From IMG/VR virus record IMGVR_UViG_3300033997_000092, positions 62,001 through 126,000 of that record: a stretch of 64,000 bases of DNA; one strand, 5' to 3'. Positions within the stretch are counted from its first letter, which is position 1, and the number at the start of each line of letters is the position of its first letter. The position numbers were made by a program, and so were the translations under genes. This document shows, piece by piece, positions 16,493-27,100 of this stretch. The notes under the pieces were generated by a model, which saw only the letters and a list, made by a program, of their open reading frames with translations, ran no database searches and was not told where the DNA came from.

Positions 16493-19400
16493 TTATCCGC
16501 CGTGAATATAACCTGCTGGCGGGCAATCGTTAGGGTTACACAAGTTGGCGCATTCTATTATCAATGTCCAAGCCCAGCCTTTCTCAGGTACTTGAATAGT
16601 GTAGAATGTTCCGTTAACAGCTCCCCAGGAGTAAGCATCTGCCACAGCATCAGCATGAGAAGCAAAATATCCTGGATGTAGCTGGTTAGGTTGTGGCGTT
16701 CTTTCGTATTGTTTGAGGAAATACTCAACATCAGGAACAGCTAGTTCGTAAGAAGTACCACGAGTATCGTTATCAAAGATGCCGATATTCGCAATTACTT
16801 GATTTGAACCAACAGTCAGATATTCAAGATTACGATCCGCAAATATGGCTGGATTTGGGCCAACCTCATAAACAGGGCCGTCAGCAGTATTCTGTCCAGT
16901 GTCTCCATCATATGGATATTGAGGACATTTAACTAAGTATTCCCATCGTGTACCGTCGCTGCCTGTCATGCGTACCATACAGGCAGTAGGGCGACCGTTT
17001 CCTGGACCCGGATAATAGAAAGCAAACTTGCCTTCATATGATACAGGACCACCAGTTGTTAGAACTAAATTATTGTTATAGAATACTTCCATCTGGTCCG
17101 GAGCACCAAACATATTGTACTCTATTTCAACGTATCCAGGCACTGGGCCTAATTCGTGGTATTTCTCAGTGATACCTGTTCCACCAGAAGCAGAAGATAT
17201 ACCACACGAAATGACTCCTATATCACCAGGATCTGGAAGTACGATGTCACCCTGTTCGATAATAACGAACACACTACGTACACCTTCATGGTATCCTGTA
17301 GCACCAACTTCAACATCACGGACATTGTCTGCGAAATATTCGTTGGATGTACTATGGATAGCTTGATCACGAACAACAGAAAGCTCTTTGCTACCAGCCA
17401 CTATCTCATAGTTTGCATCGTATGATACGGTGGCAGGCTGTTGCTCGTAAACGTATTCTGGTGTAAACACAACTTCCGCAGGAGGAGCAGCCCATTCGTA
17501 TTCAGGAGTATAAAGCACTTCTTTTATAGGAGGGGCAACCTCTACCTCTGGGTTATTTGTAATGAACCACGGATGCGTGTTTGTCTCATACGCAGGCATG
17601 AACGTAGGAGAAGCAGCGTAGTTGAACACTTCTTGTTCACGCATATAAACAGGAGTGTAGCTGACTTCAACAGTAGTGTTCACCAGATAATCAGGAATAT
17701 TAACAGTTACCCAACTATCGGTATAAACTATTACATCTATCGGCAGTGAAGGTACAGGGTCCATCGCAACGGATTCGTAGAATGCGAATGTATGGAACTC
17801 ATACTCACGTGGGTTATTCACAACAATTTCTGAGGACTGTCTGTTGACAATGAACTCAGGCAATTGCGAAAACACAACTTGTCCATTAACAAAAGCATTG
17901 ACTTCGTTGAAATACGTTTGTACTTCATATCCCGAAGTTGGATTTACATAAGCACCTTTGTTAAGGTCAGTGACATACTGGGCATTAGCTGAAACGCCGA
18001 ATGTGTAATTCGGTTCAACTTCAATCAAATTGGACCCAGATGTTTCTACTTCGGAATCAAGTGACGTAACCAGAATATGGGAAGTATCAGCGTATACTTC
18101 GGCTGATGCACTAGATAATACCGGAGCTGAGGTTGTTTCTGCCTGTCTTGGATTGTCTGCGTATAAATACCCAGTTGATCCCACTTCCGCACTTGGAGCT
18201 GTAGTTGTTACAACAGGAGCATTCCAGTTGTCTGCAATGTCGTAATGTTCAGGCAACGTGATTATGTTGTTGGTATAAGTGTACTCATAACCAGAAACGA
18301 TCTCACCTTGCGAATGGCGCACATCGTAACCAACATCTTCTAAGTCATAAGTTTTGATTGTCCAGAAACCTTTACGGGCTCCTATATAAACAGGGAACTT
18401 GTGTAGAGTTCCGTGGTCAGGACGACCAAAACCTTCAAGTTGGATAGTATCGCCTCTACTTACCTCAACAGTGTAATAATTGTCACGCAACAAGACATCA
18501 CGCCAATCAAGTTTATTTGAACTGAAAGGCAAACGTACACCATTTACTATAGCGCGTGTGTTATAAGGCAATCGTAAATCGATTTTGACATTGTTTCCTA
18601 TACCGTTGAACGTAACGACATCAGAAAGCAAACGGTCTTTGATACTCACACCATCGATAAATCCAAAATCAAATTCATCAGGTATGTTATCACCGTCAGT
18701 CCAAGCTATAAAACTGAAGTTGCGTAAACAACTGTGAACAGGTATGTGGTGAGGAGCATCGTAATTGTACGTTGTTTTAACTCGAATCTGTATACCTGTT
18801 GTATTAGGCAACAGGACAACAGATCTACCTAAGTTTTGGCCACTACGAAAGAATGTAGCTTCAAAGATGTCGGGTATAGTTAATTCGATTGGATCGAAGT
18901 AACCGCCAGACATAGTTATGTCACTATAGACATAAGCTCCTAGAGGACAATCAAACTTCTGACCGAACTCTAATGTAGGTAAGTACGGTGGATTCTGTGG
19001 GTCTATTACACTTGGTGTGGATACCATGAATGGAGCTTGAAAGCGTCCTTCAAAATCCAACAGTCCTACTATATTAGAGCAGTCTGTCGGAGGCGTCAAT
19101 ACTTCAAGTGATACAGTCTGTCCATTCTCAAGCAAGTGAGGTTGTGTAACAGGGAACCCATCGATGAATATAGTTGCATTCGGTGAAGTAACCTCTACAG
19201 GCCTATCAAGGCCAGATACAAGAACACCGTTACTCTGAATATAGGTATTTGTCGATCTATTTAACTGAGACTCAAACACCATGTTGAAAGGCACAATCTG
19301 CTGATTATCCGCGTATGCCTCTAAATGGAATACTTGCTGATCTACTACCAACGCTAACACAATAGGTATGTGTAAGTCGTAGTCGTATGTGTAACCTATA

Positions 19401-20836
19401 GATAATACGTCATTGGTGGTTACAGTCGTAGGCGAAGAAACAGGACTACCGTTCTTTAAAAGCGTAGCGTATGTATCTGTAGGAATTAACGATACGTTCA
19501 AAAGCTTATTAGCCGATATTACAGCGATTTCACCAGTGGCGCCAGACGACCCAATAGGAACGTCTTCGACATCAACAAACTCAGTGCTGTCCAATTCGTA
19601 AATCAATGGGTCTGTTGATATTTTGCTAGGTAAATCTGGGTAGATGTTACCTACATAAAGAGAGCCTGTAGCAGCAATACCAAGCGCAGGGAAACCAAGA
19701 TCAATATCGCGGTTTATAGGACCACGAATATGAAGTTTCTTAGTTTCTGTATCAACCAGATACGTGCGTCCATCAGGAAGCATGTACACTGTATCAATAA
19801 ACACTGCATTGGGTATAGTTATTTTAGATACTGCAAACGTGGTCATATTGATCACACTTGCATTACCGGCAATACCATGTGAGGCAAGTACAGTATTGGA
19901 AGTTAGATCATAGTGCATTGACCTGATAGGATCATCAGTAGCAGCAACAACGCTGTCGATAGTATTGACCAAACCAGACTCAGTTGCAAAATAAACATCG
20001 TTTCCTACAGGCACAATACCGAGTATTATCTCTGTTAAGGTGAACTCAGCAGGAGAACTTACCTCAAGTGTCTGTAGGTTGAAGTTGTATCGTGTGTACT
20101 TATTTGAATTCAATGCCGATACATATAAGAAATTGCCGTTATGTGCTATGTGAGCTGGATTAACGAAGTTGAAACTGGATGCGACAGAAAACGTGTCATC
20201 CAAGACAACAACTTGGTTATCTTTATTGAAAGCAATTACTTGGCCGATCTTAATAAAATCGGAGTCGTATACACTCAGCTCAGCACACGGACCACCGCCA
20301 GCAATAGTCTTCAATACTGTGTTTGTGGAAGTGTTAAAAACAGTTACGTTATCACGGTGATAATCAAGGACAACTACAGCATTAGTGGCTTTACCTGATA
20401 CAGGTGCGCTGTCAAGATCGTAAGTGCCTTCAACAACGCCATCAGCATTAAGTTTCACGATAGAGCGATTTGAGCCTGCAATCCAACCGACATCTACCGG
20501 AGGATCAAAGGCAAAACGAGAGTCGTATCGTGTATCATAACTGAAGGTTTGTGTATTCTGTGTGACTACTGCAAAATAACCAACAATCTGGCCATTGCTT
20601 CTAACGATAGCGTGTGCGCTTTGGCCATTATCATTAGGGCTGCTCAACTGTATGCAGATGTTGTCATCAGGGAATACTCTGTGCGAGGTTCCTACAGGAA
20701 CATCGTTTACATATAAAGATCCCCGATCAATAGAAATGACATCACCGTCAATGCCTGTGTTCTCAATAACAATCTTGTTAGATTTTACGGTCTGTCCAGG
20801 AAGTAAATCGGTTCTGGACTCAAAAACTAATAACAT
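16493..20836 (-). CDS. Large beta-rich virion protein (tail fibre/baseplate-associated)
   Basis: About 1447 aa from ATG 20836 (GGAG RBS); beta-propeller-like region then repeated beta-sandwich units; lies in the fibre cluster. Confidence 0.65.
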   Translation of the reverse strand: MLLVFESRTDLLPGQTVKSNKIVIENTGIDGDVISIDRGSLYVNDVPVGTSHRVFPDDNICIQLSSPNDNGQSAHAIVRSNGQIVGYFAVVTQNTQTFSYDTRYDSRFAFDPPVDVGWIAGSNRSIVKLNADGVVEGTYDLDSAPVSGKATNAVVVLDYHRDNVTVFNTSTNTVLKTIAGGGPCAELSVYDSDFIKIGQVIAFNKDNQVVVLDDTFSVASSFNFVNPAHIAHNGNFLYVSALNSNKYTRYNFNLQTLEVSSPAEFTLTEIILGIVPVGNDVYFATESGLVNTIDSVVAATDDPIRSMHYDLTSNTVLASHGIAGNASVINMTTFAVSKITIPNAVFIDTVYMLPDGRTYLVDTETKKLHIRGPINRDIDLGFPALGIAATGSLYVGNIYPDLPSKISTDPLIYELDSTEFVDVEDVPIGSSGATGEIAVISANKLLNVSLIPTDTYATLLKNGSPVSSPTTVTTNDVLSIGYTYDYDLHIPIVLALVVDQQVFHLEAYADNQQIVPFNMVFESQLNRSTNTYIQSNGVLVSGLDRPVEVTSPNATIFIDGFPVTQPHLLENGQTVSLEVLTPPTDCSNIVGLLDFEGRFQAPFMVSTPSVIDPQNPPYLPTLEFGQKFDCPLGAYVYSDITMSGGYFDPIELTIPDIFEATFFRSGQNLGRSVVLLPNTTGIQIRVKTTYNYDAPHHIPVHSCLRNFSFIAWTDGDNIPDEFDFGFIDGVSIKDRLLSDVVTFNGIGNNVKIDLRLPYNTRAIVNGVRLPFSSNKLDWRDVLLRDNYYTVEVSRGDTIQLEGFGRPDHGTLHKFPVYIGARKGFWTIKTYDLEDVGYDVRHSQGEIVSGYEYTYTNNIITLPEHYDIADNWNAPVVTTTAPSAEVGSTGYLYADNPRQAETTSAPVLSSASAEVYADTSHILVTSLDSEVETSGSNLIEVEPNYTFGVSANAQYVTDLNKGAYVNPTSGYEVQTYFNEVNAFVNGQVVFSQLPEFIVNRQSSEIVVNNPREYEFHTFAFYESVAMDPVPSLPIDVIVYTDSWVTVNIPDYLVNTTVEVSYTPVYMREQEVFNYAASPTFMPAYETNTHPWFITNNPEVEVAPPIKEVLYTPEYEWAAPPAEVVFTPEYVYEQQPATVSYDANYEIVAGSKELSVVRDQAIHSTSNEYFADNVRDVEVGATGYHEGVRSVFVIIEQGDIVLPDPGDIGVISCGISSASGGTGITEKYHELGPVPGYVEIEYNMFGAPDQMEVFYNNNLVLTTGGPVSYEGKFAFYYPGPGNGRPTACMVRMTGSDGTRWEYLVKCPQYPYDGDTGQNTADGPVYEVGPNPAIFADRNLEYLTVGSNQVIANIGIFDNDTRGTSYELAVPDVEYFLKQYERTPQPNQLHPGYFASHADAVADAYSWGAVNGTFYTIQVPEKGWAWTLIIECANLCNPNDCPPAGYIHGG

Positions 20837-20849
20837 AGGCTTCTCCAAG

Positions 20850-20883
20850 AAACAAAATAGGCGCCACTAAGGACGCCTATTTA
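20850..20883 (-). terminator. Intrinsic terminator
   Basis: ATAGGCGTC-CTTAGT-GGCGCCTAT followed by TTTGTTT. Confidence 0.8.
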
Positions 20884-20901
20884 TTGGTAACGGAGCTTGG
20901 G

Positions 20902-22143
20902 TTATGCGCCGATGCCTGCGCCTTTCTGTAACATCAAGATACGCATGCCTTTGTTCTGAGCGTGGTTAGCTTTCAGAGCTTTGAAGCTGCGGTCTTGTGC
21001 TTCACCGTACTGACGCACGTTAATGTCAGCGAACTGACTCACAACGTCGGCCGATACGTAGGCAATCATATCCAATTCGTGAGGATATGCGAAGCGCTGT
21101 GTATTCAGGCCTTTCATCATTTGGATAACCAGCTTGTTAGATTCGCTGATAGAAACCTGCTGTACCATGTTGATGATACGATTGCTATCTGCTGTATCAA
21201 CAGCAGCAGCCACCGGGAATGTAGGAGCATGGACATCGCTTTCACGTACCACGAAGTAGTAAGCATCGTGGTAGCCGGCTACGTTCAAGCTGTCAGTTTC
21301 ACCGCCAGGTAAAGTTTCTTGCGGAGAAGCACCACCACCGACCATAGAGAATACACAGAACAGAGGAGCTTTACCTTTAACGTCTTGGATTTCATTACCG
21401 ATGATAGTAGCGCCGGTGTCTTTGTTAACCATACGCTGAATGTTCCACCAGTGGAAACGGTTACCTGCACTGTCGTATGCTTCAGTCCACAGACAGAACG
21501 CAATGCCGTGGTCGCTGATAGATAAGCGATATGACAGTGGAACTGATTGACGATCCATTTTACCCGGACGCACGTCAAAGCCAAAATGCTCATAGCGCCA
21601 TGAGTAGTGGTTTGTTTCACTTGGCGGATCACCATCGGCTGTATCCATGTGCGGAGTAGTAGGGAACTTGCCCCAAATATAACTACCACGTGCGCCTTCA
21701 TATTGGCTCAATGTAGTCAAGAGGCCAGTCTTACGGACGTTATTGTAAGCAGGATCATTCGCAGGATCAAACGGCTGAAAGAAGCTCGTCGCTACCTGGA
21801 AGTCCTGACCATCAGAGATAATGTTTGTAGGAGTACAAGCATACCAACGGACGGCTTGCTTGTCGTGGTCTATTTCAATAACAAAGCGCCACGGTTGGCG
21901 TAACAAATAGTTTGCATGGCCTGTATCAGTGTCTTCTACAGCGATAGGATCGACATCTGTTGTAGGAGCCATCAATACTTTGGTGATTGTATCGTCAACA
22001 GTCACTGGACCACCTGACGGGTTAGCAGTACCATTCAAGCTAAGGACTTTAAAGCCGTTAGCTTGCATATCTGTAACCAGCGCAGCAGCCAGAGAGTTGA
22101 TTGACGTATAGTTGTGTCTTTCTACGGCGAAACCCATAGTCAT
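20902..22143 (-). CDS. Virion structural protein (tail/fibre-associated), paralog A
   Basis: 413 aa, GAGGA RBS; shares RQPWR, PLSYxLSxSDHGIAF, NTQR, LDMIxYxSADV and NKGMR with the upstream gene. Confidence 0.65.
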   Translation of the reverse strand: MTMGFAVERHNYTSINSLAAALVTDMQANGFKVLSLNGTANPSGGPVTVDDTITKVLMAPTTDVDPIAVEDTDTGHANYLLRQPWRFVIEIDHDKQAVRWYACTPTNIISDGQDFQVATSFFQPFDPANDPAYNNVRKTGLLTTLSQYEGARGSYIWGKFPTTPHMDTADGDPPSETNHYSWRYEHFGFDVRPGKMDRQSVPLSYRLSISDHGIAFCLWTEAYDSAGNRFHWWNIQRMVNKDTGATIIGNEIQDVKGKAPLFCVFSMVGGGASPQETLPGGETDSLNVAGYHDAYYFVVRESDVHAPTFPVAAAVDTADSNRIINMVQQVSISESNKLVIQMMKGLNTQRFAYPHELDMIAYVSADVVSQFADINVRQYGEAQDRSFKALKANHAQNKGMRILMLQKGAGIGA

Positions 22144-22151
22144 TTCCTCTA

Positions 22152-23291
22152 TTAATTAATACCAGAACCTTGAACCATTAACAAAACACGCATGCCTTTG
22201 TTATTAAGGCTATTCGCGTTCAACGCACGATACTGCCGCGGCTGTCCGAACATCGTGATTGATTGTACGGATTTATGCGACAACACATCAGCACTTGCAT
22301 AGCCAATCATATCCAGTTGGTACGGGAAATAATGACGTTGCGTATTGATGCCTTTAGGGAAGTGCATGATGTAGTTTCTGTTAGGCATCACACCGACTTG
22401 TTGTATCGGGTTAATGAACGGGAAACTATCAGGCGTAAGAGCAACAGCACTTAATGGAATCGTAGGAGCGTTGATGTCTTCTTCACTTACTACGAAATAC
22501 ATAATGCCGTCAGGTACAACAGTATTTGCATCAGCGGTTCCACCGCCGTTCTGGCTGAAAACACAAATCAAAGGAGACTTGTCTGTTACCAGTACAGTAC
22601 CGTCATCTTTAACCAAACGCTGAACTGCAAACCAGTTAAAGCAATCACCAGAACTGTCGAAGTTCTCCGCCCACATACTAAAAGCAATGCCATGATCTGA
22701 AACAGACAAAGCATAGCTAAGTGGGATTGCTTGTTGGTCCGCTAAAGGCGACCAGCATGACCAAACACTTGCTTCAACCTGAGTTGATGTACGCGCAAAG
22801 AAAGCATGTGGCTTAGTGACGCCTGCAGTAGTTACTTCAGCGATATTGTCTTTTGCTAAGAAGCCAGACTGACGTCCAGGACCGTACTCAGCTACGCGAA
22901 TTTCACCGGACAGGTCTTCGATTATCTGTGTTGGTGTACATACCCAAATACGGATGAAATCACGATTCTTTAATGGGTCTTGCTCGTCAGAACCTGAACC
23001 ATCGAAAGCATGAATCACAATACGCCACGGCTGACGACGGCTGTACTCGGGATGAGAAACATCAGTTGCTTCAACAGCAAGTGGGTCTACTTCATCCGTA
23101 GGAGCAAGCACATAGTAGCTGGTAGAGTTTGTGTGATTTGGTGCTGTGCTATTTGCAAAGACAGGAGACCCGTCAGTAGTAGCACTAAAGGCCTTCAGCA
23201 ATTCAAATCCGCTGGCCTTTAAATCTGTCACAAGCTGGCTTACCATCGATTGAACGTTGGTAAGCCCAGTCCTTAAATAATGACCGGGCAT
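22152..23291 (-). CDS. Virion structural protein, paralog B
   Basis: 379 aa, colinear paralog of 20902..22143. Confidence 0.65.
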   Translation of the reverse strand: MPGHYLRTGLTNVQSMVSQLVTDLKASGFELLKAFSATTDGSPVFANSTAPNHTNSTSYYVLAPTDEVDPLAVEATDVSHPEYSRRQPWRIVIHAFDGSGSDEQDPLKNRDFIRIWVCTPTQIIEDLSGEIRVAEYGPGRQSGFLAKDNIAEVTTAGVTKPHAFFARTSTQVEASVWSCWSPLADQQAIPLSYALSVSDHGIAFSMWAENFDSSGDCFNWFAVQRLVKDDGTVLVTDKSPLICVFSQNGGGTADANTVVPDGIMYFVVSEEDINAPTIPLSAVALTPDSFPFINPIQQVGVMPNRNYIMHFPKGINTQRHYFPYQLDMIGYASADVLSHKSVQSITMFGQPRQYRALNANSLNNKGMRVLLMVQGSGIN

Positions 23292-23303
23292 TGTTACTCC
23301 CCT

Positions 23304-24095
23304 TTACTGTAACGACAAGTACATTATATCCACAGTCGGATTAATGTCTATCGGGCTGAGGTTAGTTATACGGAAATGCTGCAAGCTCGATACAGGTTCT
23401 TCCAAGTTTGCAAGTATAGAAAAGCGACGGAACTTAGTTTCATCACCGTTCTGATACTTGATACCTTCATCGATCAAATGAATTTCATCACTGATAAAAG
23501 TATATGGGTTGTTGTCTGTACGAACAGAAGTAGAAAATCCCTCAAGTTTCATATCAGGAGTATTCACTTCTACATGCAATAAAATTACAGAAGGTGACAT
23601 ATCTAACGAAAAGTCATGTGTGCCACCTGGTGCAATTGGATTGGCTGTTGTATATTGTACAGTCGACCGAGTACCTTGCTTTAAGGGCAGATCTTGCCAT
23701 AAAGGTGTAAGGCTAATCGACGTAGTAAGAACCTGTCCTGCTTTCGTAGGAGGCGGTACTATAAAACGTGGGTCAATCCTCAACAGATTCCCTATAAGTT
23801 GCAGTGGGTTCTCAGGTACAAAATCTATACCACCACCAAAATCTAACTCACTCCAAGTTTCACGATCATCCTCAAGCTTATAAAGCAGTCCAGTTTCAGC
23901 AACAGAACATACCATACCAGGCTTGCGACTATCGTAATCTTCAAAGAAAGCTAGATCTTTTGCAAATTGAGTATAAGCATCACGGTCGGCCAGGGTCGAA
24001 AAGACCCTGAAGCCGCCTTTTAAATACTTATCATCAAGGATATAAGGAATCCACTCAGACGAAGGATTTATAAAATCATCGACTATGAGTGGCAT
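23304..24095 (-). CDS. Putative tail/fibre-associated protein
   Basis: 263 aa, AGGAG RBS; KGGFRVFSTLADRDA..RKPGM motif of a type seen in phage fibre proteins; gene context. Confidence 0.5.
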   Translation of the reverse strand: MPLIVDDFINPSSEWIPYILDDKYLKGGFRVFSTLADRDAYTQFAKDLAFFEDYDSRKPGMVCSVAETGLLYKLEDDRETWSELDFGGGIDFVPENPLQLIGNLLRIDPRFIVPPPTKAGQVLTTSISLTPLWQDLPLKQGTRSTVQYTTANPIAPGGTHDFSLDMSPSVILLHVEVNTPDMKLEGFSTSVRTDNNPYTFISDEIHLIDEGIKYQNGDETKFRRFSILANLEEPVSSLQHFRITNLSPIDINPTVDIMYLSLQ

Positions 24096-24106
24096 AAATA
24101 CTCCTA

Positions 24107-27100
24107 TTATTGTACGCCAGAGCGTGGATCAGAAGAACCATAGTTAACAGTGTATGTGCGAGTTCCAGTAAACGGGTTACTCTGACGATACACATAATAC
24201 TCGATTCCACCTACCCATGCAGATATTACAGGCTGACCTGTAGCATCGCTTATAGAGATACCTGCACCATCGAACTGGCCAGCTTGACCAGATTGGTTAA
24301 CGATATACAGCCAACCCCACGATGCTGGATACATCATATAAGCATACAGAGTTGTCGGATCATTAGGAGCACCGTTAACTGTAGTAGCGGTAAATTGCTC
24401 ACCGTTTACACCAGTCAGTGGCTTATCCAACAAGTCGTAGAACGATGCGTCTTGGTAGTCAGTAAGTAAATTGACTTTAGGCGCATAACCCCAACGTGGT
24501 GTAATACCAGCAGGAGGAGTAGTGTCTGTGATATTAATCACATACGTTGCATTCACTGTGGTGCCGTTCATTGTCAATGACGCAGCCAAGTTAGTAGTCT
24601 TATTACCTGAGACATCAGGCAACGTGATTGTAACTTTATCAGCGGCCATTGTCACGCCATTAGTAGGAGCAACAACAGAAGCAGTTAGGCCAGAATCAGC
24701 ACTCACGTTGACCCAAGTACCAACAGCATTGCTTAGGCGAGCTTGGTAGATCATTGTGATATTCTGATTCTCGTCGTGTGTACTTGTGTTAGTCCCAGCA
24801 CTTGGGTTAGCTGCCAGACGAATACGCAATTCAAGAGGCGTGATAACAATATTCGTAATGTTGAATATGTAATCTGCCTGCAGTGTTGTGCTACCGAACG
24901 TGAAAGAACCACGCAATGTAGAGCTTACGTTTGCACTTACATCAGGCAACTGGACCTGAGTCTTAGTAGGTAATGTTACACCGTTAGTAGGAGCGACTAT
25001 GGCCGCTGTTACTGCCGGGTTAGCACTAACATCTACCCAAGTGCTTGGAGCATCACTGAACTGTGCTTGATATACAACGGCAATCGTTTGATTCTCGTTG
25101 TGTGTACTTGTGTTAGTCGTAGCGTTAGGAGCCGAAGCTAAACGGATACGGAACGCATTCAAGTAGATTGTTGTGTCACGCATTGTAACTACATAGCTGC
25201 CTGTTTTGGTTACACCGTTGACAGTATAGCTTGCGTTCACAGTTACGTTCTGGTTACCAGTCACATCTGGCAGATTTAACAAGTCTTTGCCTGTCAGTGT
25301 AGCACCATTAGCTGGAGTACCAAGCGATACAATAAGGCCTGTATCTGATACAGCGATAGGAACGAATGTACCTACAGAATCAGTGTAGTCTGCGGTAAAC
25401 ACTAAGCCCAAGCTTTGATTTTCATCTTCCATACTGGCGTTTGTCGCCGCGTTAGGAGCTTTGGCTAAACGTACCTTGATAGAATTCAAGTACACTGTTG
25501 TATCACGGATAGTGATAGTGTATGAGCCAGTTTTGGTCACACCGTTTTCAGTGTAAGTTGCATTCACAGAAACCGTTTTGTTGCCAGTTACATCAGGCAG
25601 AACGATTTGTTTGTTGTTGCTTTGTAATGTAGCGCCATTAGGAGTACCCAACGTCACACCAAGAGCAGAGCCGACTGTATCAGGATCCACAGCTACCCAT
25701 GTACCAACAGCGTTAGTGTAGTCTACGAAGTAAACCAGACCAAGCGTTTGGTTTTCGTCTTCAGTGCTGGACGAGCCTGCTGAACTTGGATCTTTAGCAA
25801 GGCGCACACGCAACGAATTGATATACGGTGTAGTATCAAGAATAGTTACTGTGTAACTAGCGTTCACTGTAGCACCAGCATTGGTTAAAGATGCTGTTAT
25901 GCCCATAGCTTGGTTACCAGTAACAGAACCTAATTGTAAGTCAGCTACACCAGTTAACACTGAACCATGATTAGGAGTACCTAACGCTGCTACTAAGCCA
26001 GGATGGTTAGTGACATTGACCCACGTAGTAGGTGCGTCACTAAACTGAGCTTCATAGTACAGTTCAATATCGGTTTCTTCATTGTGTGAAGAACTGTTGG
26101 CGTTTGGACCGCCTGCAACACGAATGCGTAATGCAGTAGGCTGAGCTTCAACTTGTTTAACAGTGAACTTCAACTCAACTGTAATATCGACAGTGTTCGG
26201 ATCAGCTACAATACCAGATGCTGGATTGTGTTTGATATTCAGACGAAGGAAACCAGCAGTGTCAGCACTCACATTACCTACAACAACAGGAATAGTACCT
26301 GGCATTGTTGAAGGTGTAGTTCCAACAGGAACTGTAGTGGTAGCTGTCTGCAAAGTTATTGAACGCTCAAACAAGTTGATTGTTCCCCAAGCAGCAGGTA
26401 CGTTAGGCGCTGAGATAGGAGCATGTTGCACCCATTCCTGAGTAGCTGCACTGGTAACAGAATCGATTGTCTCTATCTGGAACCAAACACCGACGTTAAC
26501 AGTTGTGTTCTCGTTGTAGTTCAGTGTAGTTGCATCAGCAGGCATAACGAATGTTGCTGGGTCTTGTCCAGCAGGAACAAGTTTAACATCTAACAAACGA
26601 GGCGGATTCACGTAGACATCACGGCTTCCTGTTAAATTGCCTATACCAGGAACTGACTTGGTCGCAGTAACTTGTACGCTACGTCTGTATGGCCAACGAG
26701 CTTTGTGCTGTTCTGTAGTGTAACGTATGTTCGATGCAGGCAACACGTCACCGCGATAAGCAGCATCAATGTTACCGAAGGAACTAGCAGTACCCCAAGA
26801 TACGTCTGTACCAGGAACTGTATCACTTGGATCAACAAGTGTGCCGTCCTCTAACACAATCCATGCGCCAGAATCTGGGTCACCTGTCTCAGCAGGGTCC
26901 TGTGCAACAGCAAGTGTAGATTCACGTACTGCAAGACTGGCTGCAAGATTCAAGTTGACCAAAGTGACTGGATGTGTATCAGTAACAGTAGCTTCGTTCT
27001 CTGTATAAGAGGCGAACAATACACCAGAAGCATCTGCGGTCAGAGCACCAACAGTAGCAACAGATCCAGCAACAGTTAATGAAGCAGGACCAGATTGTTT

